Shown here in pieces: positions 37,613 through 49,987 of a DNA stretch of 64,000 nt (position 1 is the first letter of the stretch; each line of letters starts with the position of its first letter). The stretch is from Amoebidium appalachense. Taxonomy: Eukaryota; Protista; Ichthyosporea. Made by a program: the position numbers and the translations under genes. The notes under the pieces were generated by a model. The model had not been told where the DNA came from. It made no database searches and worked only from the letters and a program-made list of their open reading frames with translations. Location of the stretch: NCBI GenBank assembly GCA_963693365.1, contig CAVNZM010000005.1, positions 4,657,167-4,721,166 of the forward strand, written 5' to 3'.

Positions 37613-38368
37613 ATGTCGTTCCTAAACAAGGGCAGGACTGTTGTCCTGAGGCAAAGCACAGCACTGGAGGCCGAGAATATGATGAAGCAGCTCAGAAAGG
37701 TCATCGCCGAAGCCGGTATGTAAACGGGAACTCTTCAGGAGACATTTGTATGCCTCTTGCTTTTTGCTCATCGCTTATTCACCAGAACACCGCAACTTAA
37801 GCCGAACTTTATTTTTTGGTTTGTTCCCTTGGGTCTTCTTAGTAGCTGGGGTTGGCAAAGACTTTTCGGGGCAGAGGAAATGTTCACCCCAGTGTTATGT
37901 GTGCGCATTAATGTGTGTTGTGCGTTGTGCCTGCATCTGCACCTAGTGTTTATCGCATGTGCTACTTTTTTTGTGTGGGGAATAAGTGGGGTGATAGCAG
38001 AAATTAGGCTTATGTTTGAAGGTGGAGGAGAAAGGAGAAAGGGGGGAGGGGGGCTCCTAACTTCCCTATTGTCTCTCTCCCTCCCACGCTCCTTCCCTCG
38101 TTCCTCCTCTCTCTCCTCCTGCTCTCTCTTCCCTCCCACCCTCCCACCCTCACTCCCTTTTTAACTTCTCACTCCTTCCCCCTCTTGCTCTCCGTCTCCC
38201 CCCCCCCCCCCCCCCCCCCTTCCTCCCTTCCTCCCCTCCCTCCCCCCGCCCTCTCCCCTGTCTCCTCCAAATTCTTTTTCGTCACACTCACACACTCTCT
38301 TTCTGTCCTCTCACTCACTCTCTCTCTCTCTCTCCCCTCTATCTCTCTCTCTCCTCTTCCCTCTTCTC

Positions 38369-38425
<57 letters not shown>

Positions 38426-39466
38426 CGTCTCCCCTCCCCCCCTCCCCCTCTCTCTCTCTTTCACTCTCGCTCTTCAACCCCCCCCCCCCCCCCTGCTTTT
38501 CCCTGCCCTGTGCCAATATCTCGCTGTCTCTATCTCCTTTCCTCTTTCTTTTCCTCACTCTCCACTCTCTTTTTCTTTTTTTGTTTACCTGGGCTTCTTT
38601 CTTTTTAGGGGTATTGGCAAAGGCAAGCAAGAGCAATCGGTACTTCACGCCGCCATGTATCCGCAGGGATGATTGGAGAAGAGAGATGGCTATGAAGCTG
38701 TACAACAAGGTGTGTTGTGTGCATGCATGCGTGTATGCATGTGTGTGTACGTGTGGGTGGGTGTGTGTACTCATTTGCATTCGTGTGTGTGTGTATGTGT
38801 GTGTGCGTGTGTGTGTGCGTGTGTGCGTGTGTGCATGTATGTGTGCGTGGGTGCATGCATGTGAAGGTGTGTGTATGTGTGAGTGTACCCGCGTGCATTC
38901 GTGCATGTGTTTGTGTTTGTGCGTGCGTGCGTGCGTGCATGCGTGCGTGTGTGCGTGTGTGCGTGTGTGCGTGCGTGAGTGAGTGTGTGCATGTGTTTAC
39001 GTATGTTTGTGTGTGTTTGTGTGTGTGTGTGTGTGTGTCTTGGTATATCGCTGTATGGGTGCGTCATTGCTGGTGGGTGCGAGGTGGTGTACGTGTGTGT
39101 GTGTATGTGTGTGTGTGTGTGTGTGTGGAGCCGCAGAGGGAGAGAGGGGGGGAGGAGGGGGGGAGGGGGGGGTGATGATGGAGCAGGTGTGTGGGGAGTG
39201 TTATTGTTGGTATTTGGGTATGGGGTAGGTGTGTGTTTGTGGGGGGGGGGGGGGGGAGGGGGGGATGTATGAATGGCCACGGGCTGGAGGGGGGGGGGGG
39301 GAGGGGGGTTTGATCTCTCCTTGTGTTTCTATTTGCGGTGTGGAGAGGGGAGGGGGGTGGTTGGATTGTGTGTATGTTTGGTGGGGGGGGGGGGGGGGGG
39401 GGGGGTATTGGATTGTGTGTGGTGGCGGTGGTGGCGTTGGGGTTGTTTTTTTTTTTAATAAAAAAA

Positions 39467-39500
<34 letters not shown>

Positions 39501-39687
39501 ATTCTTAGTTTTCATCTTTTATTTTCTTTGGGGGGGGGGGAGGGTGTTTCAGGGGGGGAATGTTGGAGAGAGAGAGGGGGGGGGGGGGGGGGGGGGGGGC
39601 ACGTGATATGTGCATGCGCTGACATATCGTTTGCAGGGTGTGGAGCAGAAGCTGCAACTGCTTTTGCGCAAACAGCAACTGCGCTAG
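37613..39687 (+). CDS. MRPS21: Mitochondrial ribosomal protein S21 (bS21m), 84 aa; exons 37613-37715, 38609-38709, 39637-39687
   Basis: Spliced product [14 protein letters not shown]...[59 protein letters not shown] matches the animal MRPS21 pattern (RTV.., RYY.KPC.RR, .YN......K...L.RK). GT-AG introns in phase. Confidence 0.85.
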
Positions 39688-39732
39688 ATGAAAACCGGGG
39701 GTGGTGTTAATGTTTGCGTTGTTTTTTTTTTT

Positions 39733-39763
<31 letters not shown>

Positions 39764-40167
39764 GGGGGGGCTAAACTACTCAATTCGATGTGTTTGATTC
39801 GCTTTATGGCTTTTATTCTTTGTTCACACCGTTTCTCCATGAAGCTAGTTAATTAATCATTATTCACTCGGAGTTGGTCGTGAATGTACTATTTTTGGAA
39901 GTCTATAGCCACAGCACCTGATTTCTGGCCAATCGCATTGCCACTTGGAACCCTTATGAAAATAACCGGCTCATTACATTCTTCGGAGAAAGAGTTTTCT
40001 GGAAACCCCGACAATGAAACATGACTGGGCTGAGCCCGTGAGTTACCTTTACATGTGTTGATTAGTGTCTCGTGCACGTGACGGTCTTGGAAACGGACTG
40101 TTAGTGTGTATTTGGTTGTGTTGTTTGTGTGCAAGAAAATGGCAACATCGAAGAGCGGGTGTTGGTT

Positions 40168-40201
<34 letters not shown>

Positions 40202-41138
40202 ATCCGGCCCCACCACCACCACCACCACCACTACCAACCAACTAGTTGCCACCGCCACCACCACCATCACACGATACCACCCACACCCAAAGCACACACA
40301 CATGCGCGCGCACACACACACACACACACGCACACACGTGCACGGTGCTTGTTAACGTTAGCGCTCACGTGTTTGCATATAGATATGTGCGTATGCATGG
40401 CTATGTTTATATGCGTGTGTGTGCGGCTGCATGCGCATGTGGATGTGTGCATGCGCATGTGGATGTGTGCATGCTGCATCCGTCCACGATTTCTGATCCA
40501 AGACGTGTGTTATGCCTGTGTACGTAAATGTGTGTGTGTTGGGAGGCAAGTGTGTCTGCTACAGCCCCATAACGGTCGGCACACACTTGACTGCGTACAC
40601 ATGTACCACCAATTTATATTATATTCGCCAACAGGAAAGCATATGCCAAGCCCGGGATAAGTTTACTGTACCCATTTGATGCCCATACCCATTTGATGCC
40701 CAGCCGTACGGTACGTGCACTAATATGCGCACAAACTTGTTTGTGTCGGCTGGCACTACTAGTACACTAGATCTGGCCATGGATGCATACCAGCCCTATA
40801 CATCAAAGAATGAAAACAACACAGTCCCTTCACGTCTTCCATAATTTTGACGTTAACAGTACTTCGGACCAGTTGCACAGAACTTTGACGGGCAGCCGCA
40901 GACACAAGGCTGGTTCATGCACATGTATATCTCGTAGGTTATATATCTACGTGCAGCATGTCCTATTTAATACTATATAGTTCTGTATAGATACAACCAT
41001 TGCAACCAGACAATGGCCATTGGGTACACAAAACATATGCATGACAAATATGCCTCAAAACTACCTACAACCGCTATACACTATTGCTTAAATGTCATCT
41101 ATAACTTCTTCATGATAAGATGCATTCTGTTGAGGGGG

Positions 41139-41266
41139 CTATCTTGGTCTGCGGGTGTTGTACATCAGAATGAGATTTTGTACTGCCGTAAGGGTTGAGT
41201 TGTCGTTTTGGCCGGTGATGAGGTTTCGGTCGATGCACACGTGGCTGCTGTCCACCGTGCTGCCTG

Positions 41267-41362
<96 letters not shown>

Positions 41363-41558
41363 TGCGTGCGCGCGCGCGCCGTGCGCGCGGGTGCCTGAGT
41401 ACCTGGGTGCACTTGTGAATGGGTGCACATGTGTGTGTGTGTGTTTGTGTACATGAGAGTGAATCTGTGTGTGTGTGTGTTTGCTTGTGTCTCTATTTGC
41501 GTAATAGGGATGTGTGTGCGCGCGCCATAGCGTGTGCGTGTGTCTTTGTGTGTGTGTG

Positions 41559-41590
<32 letters not shown>

Positions 41591-41799
41591 GAGGGGGGGG
41601 GGGGGGAGGAGGGGGAAGGAGGAAGAAGGGGGTAACGAACTTGCATGCTATATATTGTTGTCGTCTACTGTTTGTGTAAAAGGCTGACTGTCTAAGTGCC
41701 TGCAATGTGCTCGTGTGTGTGTGTATGGGTGATTCCAGAGCAAAGATGTTCTTCCTGTGGCCATGTGGTTTTTGTGGGACGAGCAAATGGGAGAATTCT

Positions 41800-41865
<66 letters not shown>

Positions 41866-41952
41866 GGGGAGGGGGAGGGGGGAGGGGGGAGGGGGGGGAG
41901 GGGGGGGATGTTGCAAACAAACAAACTAGATACATGTGTTGCGTGCGTGCGT

Positions 41953-41983
<31 letters not shown>

Positions 41984-42542
41984 GAAGGGGGGAGGGGGGG
42001 GGAAGGGGGGTCAAAGAGGTAACATACCGCTAAACACCCCCCGGTTGTCTCTGACGTAATCTTCTAAGACCACAGGCAGACTGTCGAAGTTGGGCAGTTT
42101 TGCTTGCTCAAATACAGTGGGCTGTTTTTTTGTTATAAGGGAACCGGGCGAGGGAGGGGGGTTGGGGGGGGGGGGGGGGGGGGGGGGGGGGAGGTTAGAA
42201 ATTAACCCAAAAGTACACCTTCAAACAAATATAATAACTACTAGCGGAAATGCAAAATATGGAAAATGGTCGCTGAGTGTTTCGAATGCTGTTTACTTCT
42301 TCTCCATGATCTCTTTGGAAACCACTCCTCAAGTTGAAGAACCTTTCTTCCCTTCTCCTCCAATCTTGACACCCACCATTCAGACCAAATCATCTCCGTT
42401 GCTCAAATACAACATATCTTGGGCCCAGTGTTCCTCCCCACTGATTGTTCCGTTGTGTTCCTTTGGGTTTTTGTTCTTGTGTGGCTGGAAAACTAAATGG
42501 TGCATGTATGTGTGTGTGTAGTGGTGGTGGTGGTGGTGGTGG

Positions 42543-42577
<35 letters not shown>

Positions 42578-42797
42578 CTTGTGACCGCAAATTAGACGTA
42601 TACAAATAAAAGCACTTTAAAGGGGGAGAGGGAGGGGCGGGGAGGCAGGAGGGGAGAGGGGGGGGGGGGGGGAGGGGGGGGGGGGGTTGATAAATTTGGC
42701 ACGCAGGCCAAAGTACAACACCGACAACAGGTAACCGTAATGCAGCCAAAGCACATAACATCGGGTGAACAAGGAAAGTGCGGCCCAACCATGTTTC

Positions 42798-42839
<42 letters not shown>

Positions 42840-45800
42840 TGGTACATACGGCTGCTATGCAGTAGCCACTAAGTGCCCAGCTTCCATCTTTTGCCTTTGC
42901 AGGGCACAACCCAGCCACACCACAGCCTATGGCACACACAGGCTCTGCATGAGGAAAAGAATTAGCATCCCCCCTCCCCCCCCACACCCCTCCCCTCCCC
43001 CCCCCCCCTCCCCCCCCCCCCCTCCCTTCCTTCCCCATCCCCCGTCCTCCCCCTTCACCGCCCTCCCCCCTCCCTCCCCCCCCCCCCCTCCCCTCCTCCG
43101 GGTTCCCGCGGGGCCCCCAAGGAACCCCAGAAGGGCCTAGGCTATCACCGAAACCCTTTGCTTTTTTCCTGTTTGCTTTCTTCACAACCCTAGAACAATC
43201 GCCCTCATCCTCCCCCCACCCCCACCCCTCCCTCCCCTGCCTCGGGCCCCACCACCCGTCACCTTCCACGCATGCCCACAATCCTCTCCGGTCTAGTTAA
43301 ATGAAAACGGACTGGTTGCCATCCTTCCGTTTCGTTGTTCGAGGTCAACCACAAAAATAGAACTCAGATCTGCTCTTTCAAGGCGTCCCTAGAACCCCCC
43401 CCCCCCCCCCCCTCCCACCTCTTCCTCCCCGTTGAGCACAGCCAAGAAAACAAAGGAGGTCAACCTTTATCCCACAAAGATCTACATCATACGCATGTGA
43501 GAATGTGTGTGCGCACATCTGCACACGTGCGTGAATATTTTTTGCCCGTTGGTGGCAGTTTGTGTGTCTGTGTGAGTGTGCTTAGGTTTCGGGGCCGGGG
43601 GGGGGGGGGGGGGGGGGGGGGGGAGGGGGGGGGAGGGGAAGGGGGGGGGGGGGGAGGGAAGGTTGTCACTCACTGTTTTGGGACAAAAATTCCGCAACCA
43701 CAGCACCTATTTGGCTACAGCTTCCTAGGTCCCATAAACCTCCCGGGCTATTGGGAAGTATCAGTGCAGCATACTGGCTACCTGCACACATAGGGTGAGT
43801 AGTGATGGTTGCACCACCCGAGGAACGGGGGAGTGGGGAAAAAAGACAACCTATGGGGAGAGAGGAATGGGGGAGGCGGCATGGGGGGGCGGGGGAAGGG
43901 AGGGAGGGGGACGGAAGAGGGAAAGGGGGGGAGGGGGCGGTGTTGATGAATGGTACTGGAAAAGGTGGAAATAAAAGGATTTGGATCGATAGAGATCCAA
44001 TATGGTTTGGCATGTGAAAACCCCTGGACGCCACCTAATTGGCGGGTCTGTTGGCCCTGGGTCTTTGTGTGAAGACCGTGCGCAAATTTGGAGAGGCATA
44101 AGCTCATGCACAGTTATTCCTCCCTCCCCCATGCTCCAATTACTCCGGGGGGAGGGGGTGGAGGGAGGGAGATGAAGGGGGAGGGGGGGGGGGGGAGGGA
44201 GGGGGAGGGGGAGGGGGGGGGGGGGGGGGGGCTAACAGCCAAAACCGAACCAATGCACGTAGTCGGAGAATTTTCAAAAGCATTTCTGAGTCGTTTTGGT
44301 CTAAAAAAAGGAAGGGGGTAGAAGAGGGGGGAGGGGGGGAGGGGGAAGGGGGGGGGGGGGGGACCATCTACAACTGCGGTGTCTAATGGAGTTGCCTCTT
44401 TCCTTTTTTGGAAATCAAGAAGCCATCGGTGTGCCTTGTCATCGGCATTTATCATATTTGGCTTGCCTGGGTTAATATTCGGTTAGAATGACGTGGATGT
44501 ATCATGATCTGGCTATAAGCAGAGAAGGGGGGGAAGGGCAAATTAAGAGTATAACAACACTCCACCTTCACAGAGAATGTGTAAATTCGACCGCAAGATG
44601 AAAACTAAATGAGGGAAGTGCAGGCAGAGGGGGAGGGGGGGGGGGACATGTTTGAATGAAGGTGTGAAGGTATGGTCCATGTAGGTCAAATCAGACTGCG
44701 TGTGTGTGTGGTATCCACTTTCTCATGAAGGGGGGTGTGTGTGGCTGTCATGTGTGGGAGATGGGAGCATGTGTGCATGTGAGAGGGAGAAAAAAGACAA
44801 CAGGAAAGAAAGAGCGGGAGGGGGAGGGGGGGAGGGAAGAGTAGGTGAGTGTCGACGATTTAGTTTAATGATGAGGAATTGTTGTTGTTTGTGAGGTGCT
44901 TCTTTCATTCCTTACTCTCCCCTTCTCTTCAGCTTTGATTTACATGAGTTTTTTTTTTTTGTTCTTTTTTATCACAAATACTGATATCATGATCATTATT
45001 TCATTTTTTTCTTTTTAAAGAGGGGAAAAGGGGGGGGGGGGGGGGGGGAAGAAGGCTGAGCCAAAGGTGTGTATACCTGCCGACGGAGAGGCCAAGTCAA
45101 CAGTGAAGACAGAGGAAGCTATCGTGTAACAGTGGATAAAGGACGGGGCAGAAACACCTGCGTGTGTGTGTAGGGGTGTGTGTGTGGTGTGTGTGTGTGT
45201 GTGTGTGTGCGTGCGTACGTGTGTGTGTGTGCTTCTAGTAGTTTGTGTGTGTGTGCGCGCACGCTGTGCGTATCCACTCCAACTAGTGCGTGGTGTGTGC
45301 GTGCACACACGCATCTGCAGGCGTGTGTGCATGTGTATCCAAGAGTGTGTGGTTGTGCTAGTGTGGGCCTAAGTCTGTGCGGGTGCGCAAGCAGGTGTGT
45401 GCATGCATACGCGTGTTGTGTGAGTGAGTGTGTGTGTGTGTGTGAGGTGGTGGGTGGGGTTGGGAGGAGGGGGGGAGAGGGGAAGGGGGGGGGGGGGGGG
45501 AGGGGGGGGGGGGGGCTGGGAGGGGAGGGACTCAAGTATGTGTTAGTGGGTGGGTGGGTGGGCTGGTTTGTGCGTGTGTGACCTCGTGGGGTGTGGATTT
45601 GTGTGTCGACTGCTCAGGTTGTACGAGTGCGTGTGGGTCTATAATAGAACTCAGCCAAAGAAACCCTTATGTTCATCTGCTCTTAACAGAAACCTCCTTT
45701 AAAACCTCCTTTGGGCCCCAAAAAGAAGCATCACCATCCCCGCCCACTCACTTCCTTTCCCGTTCCAGGACTCCCTTGGTTTCGCTTTCCTGGACAAACG

Positions 45801-46124
45801 CAGATCCAAAAGGAACCTATAGCTCCATAGCCCCCCCCCCCCCCCCCCCCCCCTTCCTTCTCTCTCTCTCTCTTCCTTCCTTCCTTTCCCCTCGTCCGCG
45901 TCCCCCCCCCCCCACCCTGCCCTCCTCTCAAGCCACCTTTACCACCAAGAATCCTCACAATCGTCACCATCACCACCACCACAGTCCAACGTGCCATCCT
46001 CCCTTCGCCCCCGGCTCTATTCCTTACTTCAGAAATCTGGCACAACTCCACATCAAGACCCACCTTCGCTATGTGCGCTGACTACCACAAGGCAGTTGGG
46101 CTTTGTTCCTCCTTGTCTAGCCAT
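41139..46124 (-). CDS. GATD1: Glutamine amidotransferase-like class 1 domain protein 1 (DJ-1/PfpI fold), 221 aa; exons 46124-46064, 45157-45077, 44466-44365, 43781-43674, 42944-42850, 42121-42028, 41263-41139
   Basis: Spliced product PNCLVVVSAHSEGVSAPSFIHCYT...YAALILPNSPGGLWDL...KPVCAIGCGVAGLC...LPVVLEDYVRD...HVCIDRNLITGQNDNSTLTAVQNLIL is colinear with human GATD1/PDDC1. All phases are consistent. Confidence 0.92.
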
Positions 46125-46515
46125 GACGGTTGAATTAAGACAGAACTGTGAAGTAAAATATTATACTCTGACCAGTCTTTTGTTTTTCTGGTTTCCGTTT
46201 CTTGCTCCGGCCCGTGTGCTGAGTCGCGTTCACGGGGAGCAACAGTTTCAACACGGGGTAGGCGGGTGTCGATGAGCTCCCAAAATAGAAGATGGGCTTA
46301 GTGATGAGCTCCCAAAGTAGAAGACGTTTAATTAAAGAGCCCGCTGTCAAACAATAATCACCAGTCCACACGGGTTTCTTGCCCGTCTAATCCAGGGATT
46401 GTTCTTTCACGTCTGTTCCCCTGTTGTACTGCAGCTGTACATGTGTGTTCAAATTTCTGCCTCGGCCTCGGTTCTGTGCGCACTTGCCTTATATGGAACT
46501 CGAATGCACCATCCA

Positions 46516-47233
46516 ATCACATTGTTCGAATAGAATCGAATAGATCCGCAAATGTTCCCAAAATGCATATCCATTGAATCCATTGATCTGCCACGTGCGA
46601 CTGTGGCCTCAGCCGCCGTATGATCAACTATAATATACTTCTATTTTTCAAGGGTACGAGTTGGCGAGTGATCAGTCGACTTCGGAAGGAAAGTTTTGTC
46701 AGCCTTGAAAAATAAGAGCTACCTCCAAAGGTAGCAGGCCATTGATTACATCGGAATCAGGCGGGAGTTGAAAGACGTGATGAGGGGAAATGAATTTGAA
46801 GAAAGAAAGAAAAAATCAACATCACTATCACTTTTTGTTGTGGCACCCATGGCACCGTACCTCGACACTATCACTATCACATTGTTCGAATAGAATCGAA
46901 TAGATCCGCAAATGTTCCCAAAATGCATATCCATTGAATCCATTGATCTGCCACGTGCGACTAGTACTGTGGCCTCAGCCGCCGTATGATCAACTATAAT
47001 ATACTTCTATTTTTCAAGGGTATGAGTTGGCGAGTGATCAGTCGACTTCGGAAGGAAAGTTTTGTCAGCCTTGAAAAATAAGAGCTACCTCCAAAGGTAG
47101 CAGGCCATTGATTACATCGGAATCAGGCGGGAGTTGAAAGACGTGAAGAGGTAGAATGAATTTGAAGAAAGAAAGAAAAAATCAACATCACCATCACTTT
47201 TTGTTGTGGCACCCATGGCACCGTACCTCGACA
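46516..47233. repeat. Near-perfect two-copy tandem duplication, period 360 bp
   Basis: ATCACATTGTTCGAATAG...CCGTACCTCGACA at 46516 and 46876. The second copy has a 6-bp insertion and a few substitutions. Confidence 0.95.
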
Positions 47234-48295
47234 GTATCTATCATACATGTACATGTGTCACTCAGCTACTATATACTTTCAAAATTCTTCTCATCGTTCC
47301 GCACAGATCTAGCGAAAAAATTAACGGTACGGTGACCTTGGTTTGTGGCATTTCTCCTCGTTGCATACATTGAGTAGTTGAAAATGCCATGAAGTTTGGT
47401 GGAGAGAGATGTGGGGGGGGCGGGGGATTGAGGGGGGGGGGGGGGGGGGGGGGGGGAGGGGAGGGGAAGAAGGGGGGGGCTCGCTACAGCAGCCATGGCA
47501 ATTATCGTCTCATAGTCAGACTGGAGAAGAAAAGTTTACAATCAAATATAGAGTGCTACAAGCTTATCAACTTTTCAACAGTCTGACAGTCCTTATGCTT
47601 GGGTCGATTGATTACTATTATTATTGTATCATTAGGCTTATGATTATTAAGACGGACTAGTCCGTGCGTACATGGCGCTTGCTCCACATGTACAGGTCAA
47701 CATGTACAGGACAAGCCCCCAACTGGCCCAACAGCCAGCCATGGCTGATTCATTCAACTCTGCCAAGTGCAAACGGTGTACAGGTGGGGGAGATGGACAG
47801 GCCGCTGGTGTACCGTGTTGTTGGCGTGCAATCAAGGGCTAAGCAGATACCTCCATTTTTTTTTCCCTTTCAAAGCCTTTTTTTTTTTTTTTAAAGTTTT
47901 CTCCTCCTCCTCTTTTCAAGGCTTTCTCTCACGGTGGAATCTCGATCGGCAACTGACTCAGTGCTGCAGCCCACCTCTTCCTTTTATCTATTGAATTTGA
48001 ACTGTGCGATTTTCAGTGCAAACCACTAACTAAAGTAAACACCGTATTCTGGCACATAGCTTTCATACCCGCACCCACACACACACACGTACTGTGATGC
48101 ACACGCACGCGTGCATATGGATACACACAAACACATGGGCACGTGTACAGAAGGGTCAAATACAGTGCTTCCTGAAGCCACTGAGATGGATGCCCAGGAG
48201 CACAAATAAAGCGAATCATCAACATTGAAGCCAAGCACACAAAAAATGTGTTCTAGTAGAGGTGAATGTCAGCAGCGCTCCTCCTCCCCCCCCCC

Positions 48296-49061
48296 TGTTG
48301 GAGTACACTGGTACTCCCGGCTAGCAATGTCTGTTAGAGAAAGTTTCTGAGCAATTGAATAACTGTTTCAACACTCACTCGAGTGCATAGAGCTTTTGTT
48401 TACGGTCATATTCATATATGGTAGTTATATGTTTGAGCCAAAACTGTACCAATGACGAGCTTCACTAGCAACGTGCTAATTGTGCTCTCTTTTCGGCTAT
48501 TCCCGGTTCAGATGATGTCATGTCTATATTTGCCACAGGATTCTATTCTTAGAGTGGTAGTGTGCTTTATTCCCGGATATTCTCAGAATATTTTTAGTTG
48601 TGTGAAGCAAGATTTACGTTTAACTGCAATTGGTGTGTTAAACACGTTTATTTGTGTGCTTTAGTGCAAGTTAACTAGCCACTCAACGTGCACAGTTAAC
48701 TTTTATATCTTTAACGACTTGTTTTCATTGTGCTCTCTTTTCGGCCATGCTGTACATGGCCCACCACCAGGGTGCACACGAGGCCACCATGAGGTGGCCA
48801 ACGACTATATAAAGCAGTGCCTCCCATGTCACAAACATGGGAAGCAGAACGTTTGATTTACACTTTTCTACTGTCGTTTCCAGTGCACAAAACACATAGA
48901 CTAGTTACCCATCATACACGACACTATGTCTGACAACTTACAGTTGCAGCAACTAGTCCAACTACTGGAGCAGAGGTTGGCCTCACAAGATGCAATCATT
49001 TCTGACTTACAGAAGGAACAACGTGCACTAGAACTAGCTTCTATGAACACAATGTCCAACA
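48296..49061 (+). repeat. 5' LTR (766 bp)
   Basis: TG...CA termini with a 7-bp terminal IR and TATATAAA at 48806-48813. No difference from 53415-54180 was seen by eye. Confidence 0.97.
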
Positions 49062-49987
49062 GGGTTATGGGCCCCTCACGTAATGATTCCATCAAGTTCA
49101 AGGTCGACATCCCTCTCTTCACTGGCATTGATAATGATTCAGGCACGGACTACCACACATGGGCCGAAACCATGTATGTCCAGCTTTCTGGTGCTGGTCT
49201 TCTCCACACCATCGCGCCCAGTACGGAGCACCCGGCTACCCGTGAACAGGTCGACACTGCCCGTTCCTACCTGTGGCAAGCACTCTCGGTTGACGTGCGT
49301 TGTATCCTAGGGTTAACACGCACCACCACACCTGCGGAGATATGGTCGGCCCTATCTGCCCACTACCTGGAGCAATCTGAGGCCAATCAGTACGACCTTA
49401 TCGGGCTGTACATGAATTCTACGCCTGAACCTACGGACACCGCGACGAAATACGCCATGAAACTCCGCGGCTACGTGCGGCGCCTGGCCGATTACGGCAC
49501 ACAAATTGGTGATGCTCAAGTGCTGACCAAGCTCACCAACGACCTCGGCAAGGTGCCTTACTACGAAATGCCTGTAATTGCCTACAAGATGACACCCAAG
49601 CCTACCGTGATGGGCCTCCTCCAACAGCTACGGGCATATGAGACCAGCCACCCACGTGCACGTGTGACTACCAGCTCCGGGCCGGCCGCCTTCACCACAC
49701 GGGCTCCTCAACCTGTCATCTGCCACGGCTGCGGCAAACCAGGCCACATCAAGTCTCAGTGCCCCAACGACAACGGCCAACACAGCAACTCTGGCAACAA
49801 CCGTGCCAGCACCTACCCCAAGGGTTCCTGCGTCAACCACCCACTGTCTACCAGTCACACTACCGCCATGTGCAAGGGGGGCAACCGTGCCAACGGCCGC
49901 AAACCTAAGGGTGGTCCCCTCCCGCCTGGGTCCTGCATCAACCACCCTGCCTCTACTACCCACACTACGGCACAGTGCAAGGGGGGG
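48926..49987 (+). CDS. gag: Copia Gag (starts inside the 5' LTR; frame changes to Pol at the G-run 49981-49987)
   Basis: Coiled-coil N-terminus, IPLFTG..DYHTW, PAEIWSAL (UBN2-like), CCHC knuckle CHGCGKPGHIKSQC, then two C-x2-H-x5-H-x4-C repeats. Confidence 0.9.
49062..49075 (+). promoter_or_regulatory. Primer binding site, internal/half tRNA-iMet type (GGTTATGGGCCC)
   Basis: Directly follows the 5' LTR. Same motif as the Drosophila copia/Ty5-type PBS, which is complementary to the anticodon-stem region of initiator tRNA-Met. Confidence 0.85.

Noticed and set aside
45578-45640. Candidate extra GATD1 exon (AG...GAG|GT on the minus strand)
   Set aside because: Its phases are incompatible with the flanking exons, and exons 1 and 2 already join to a complete GATD1.
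48452-48664. 70-aa ORF repeated at 53571-53783
   Set aside because: It is simply LTR U3 sequence present twice, with no coding evidence.
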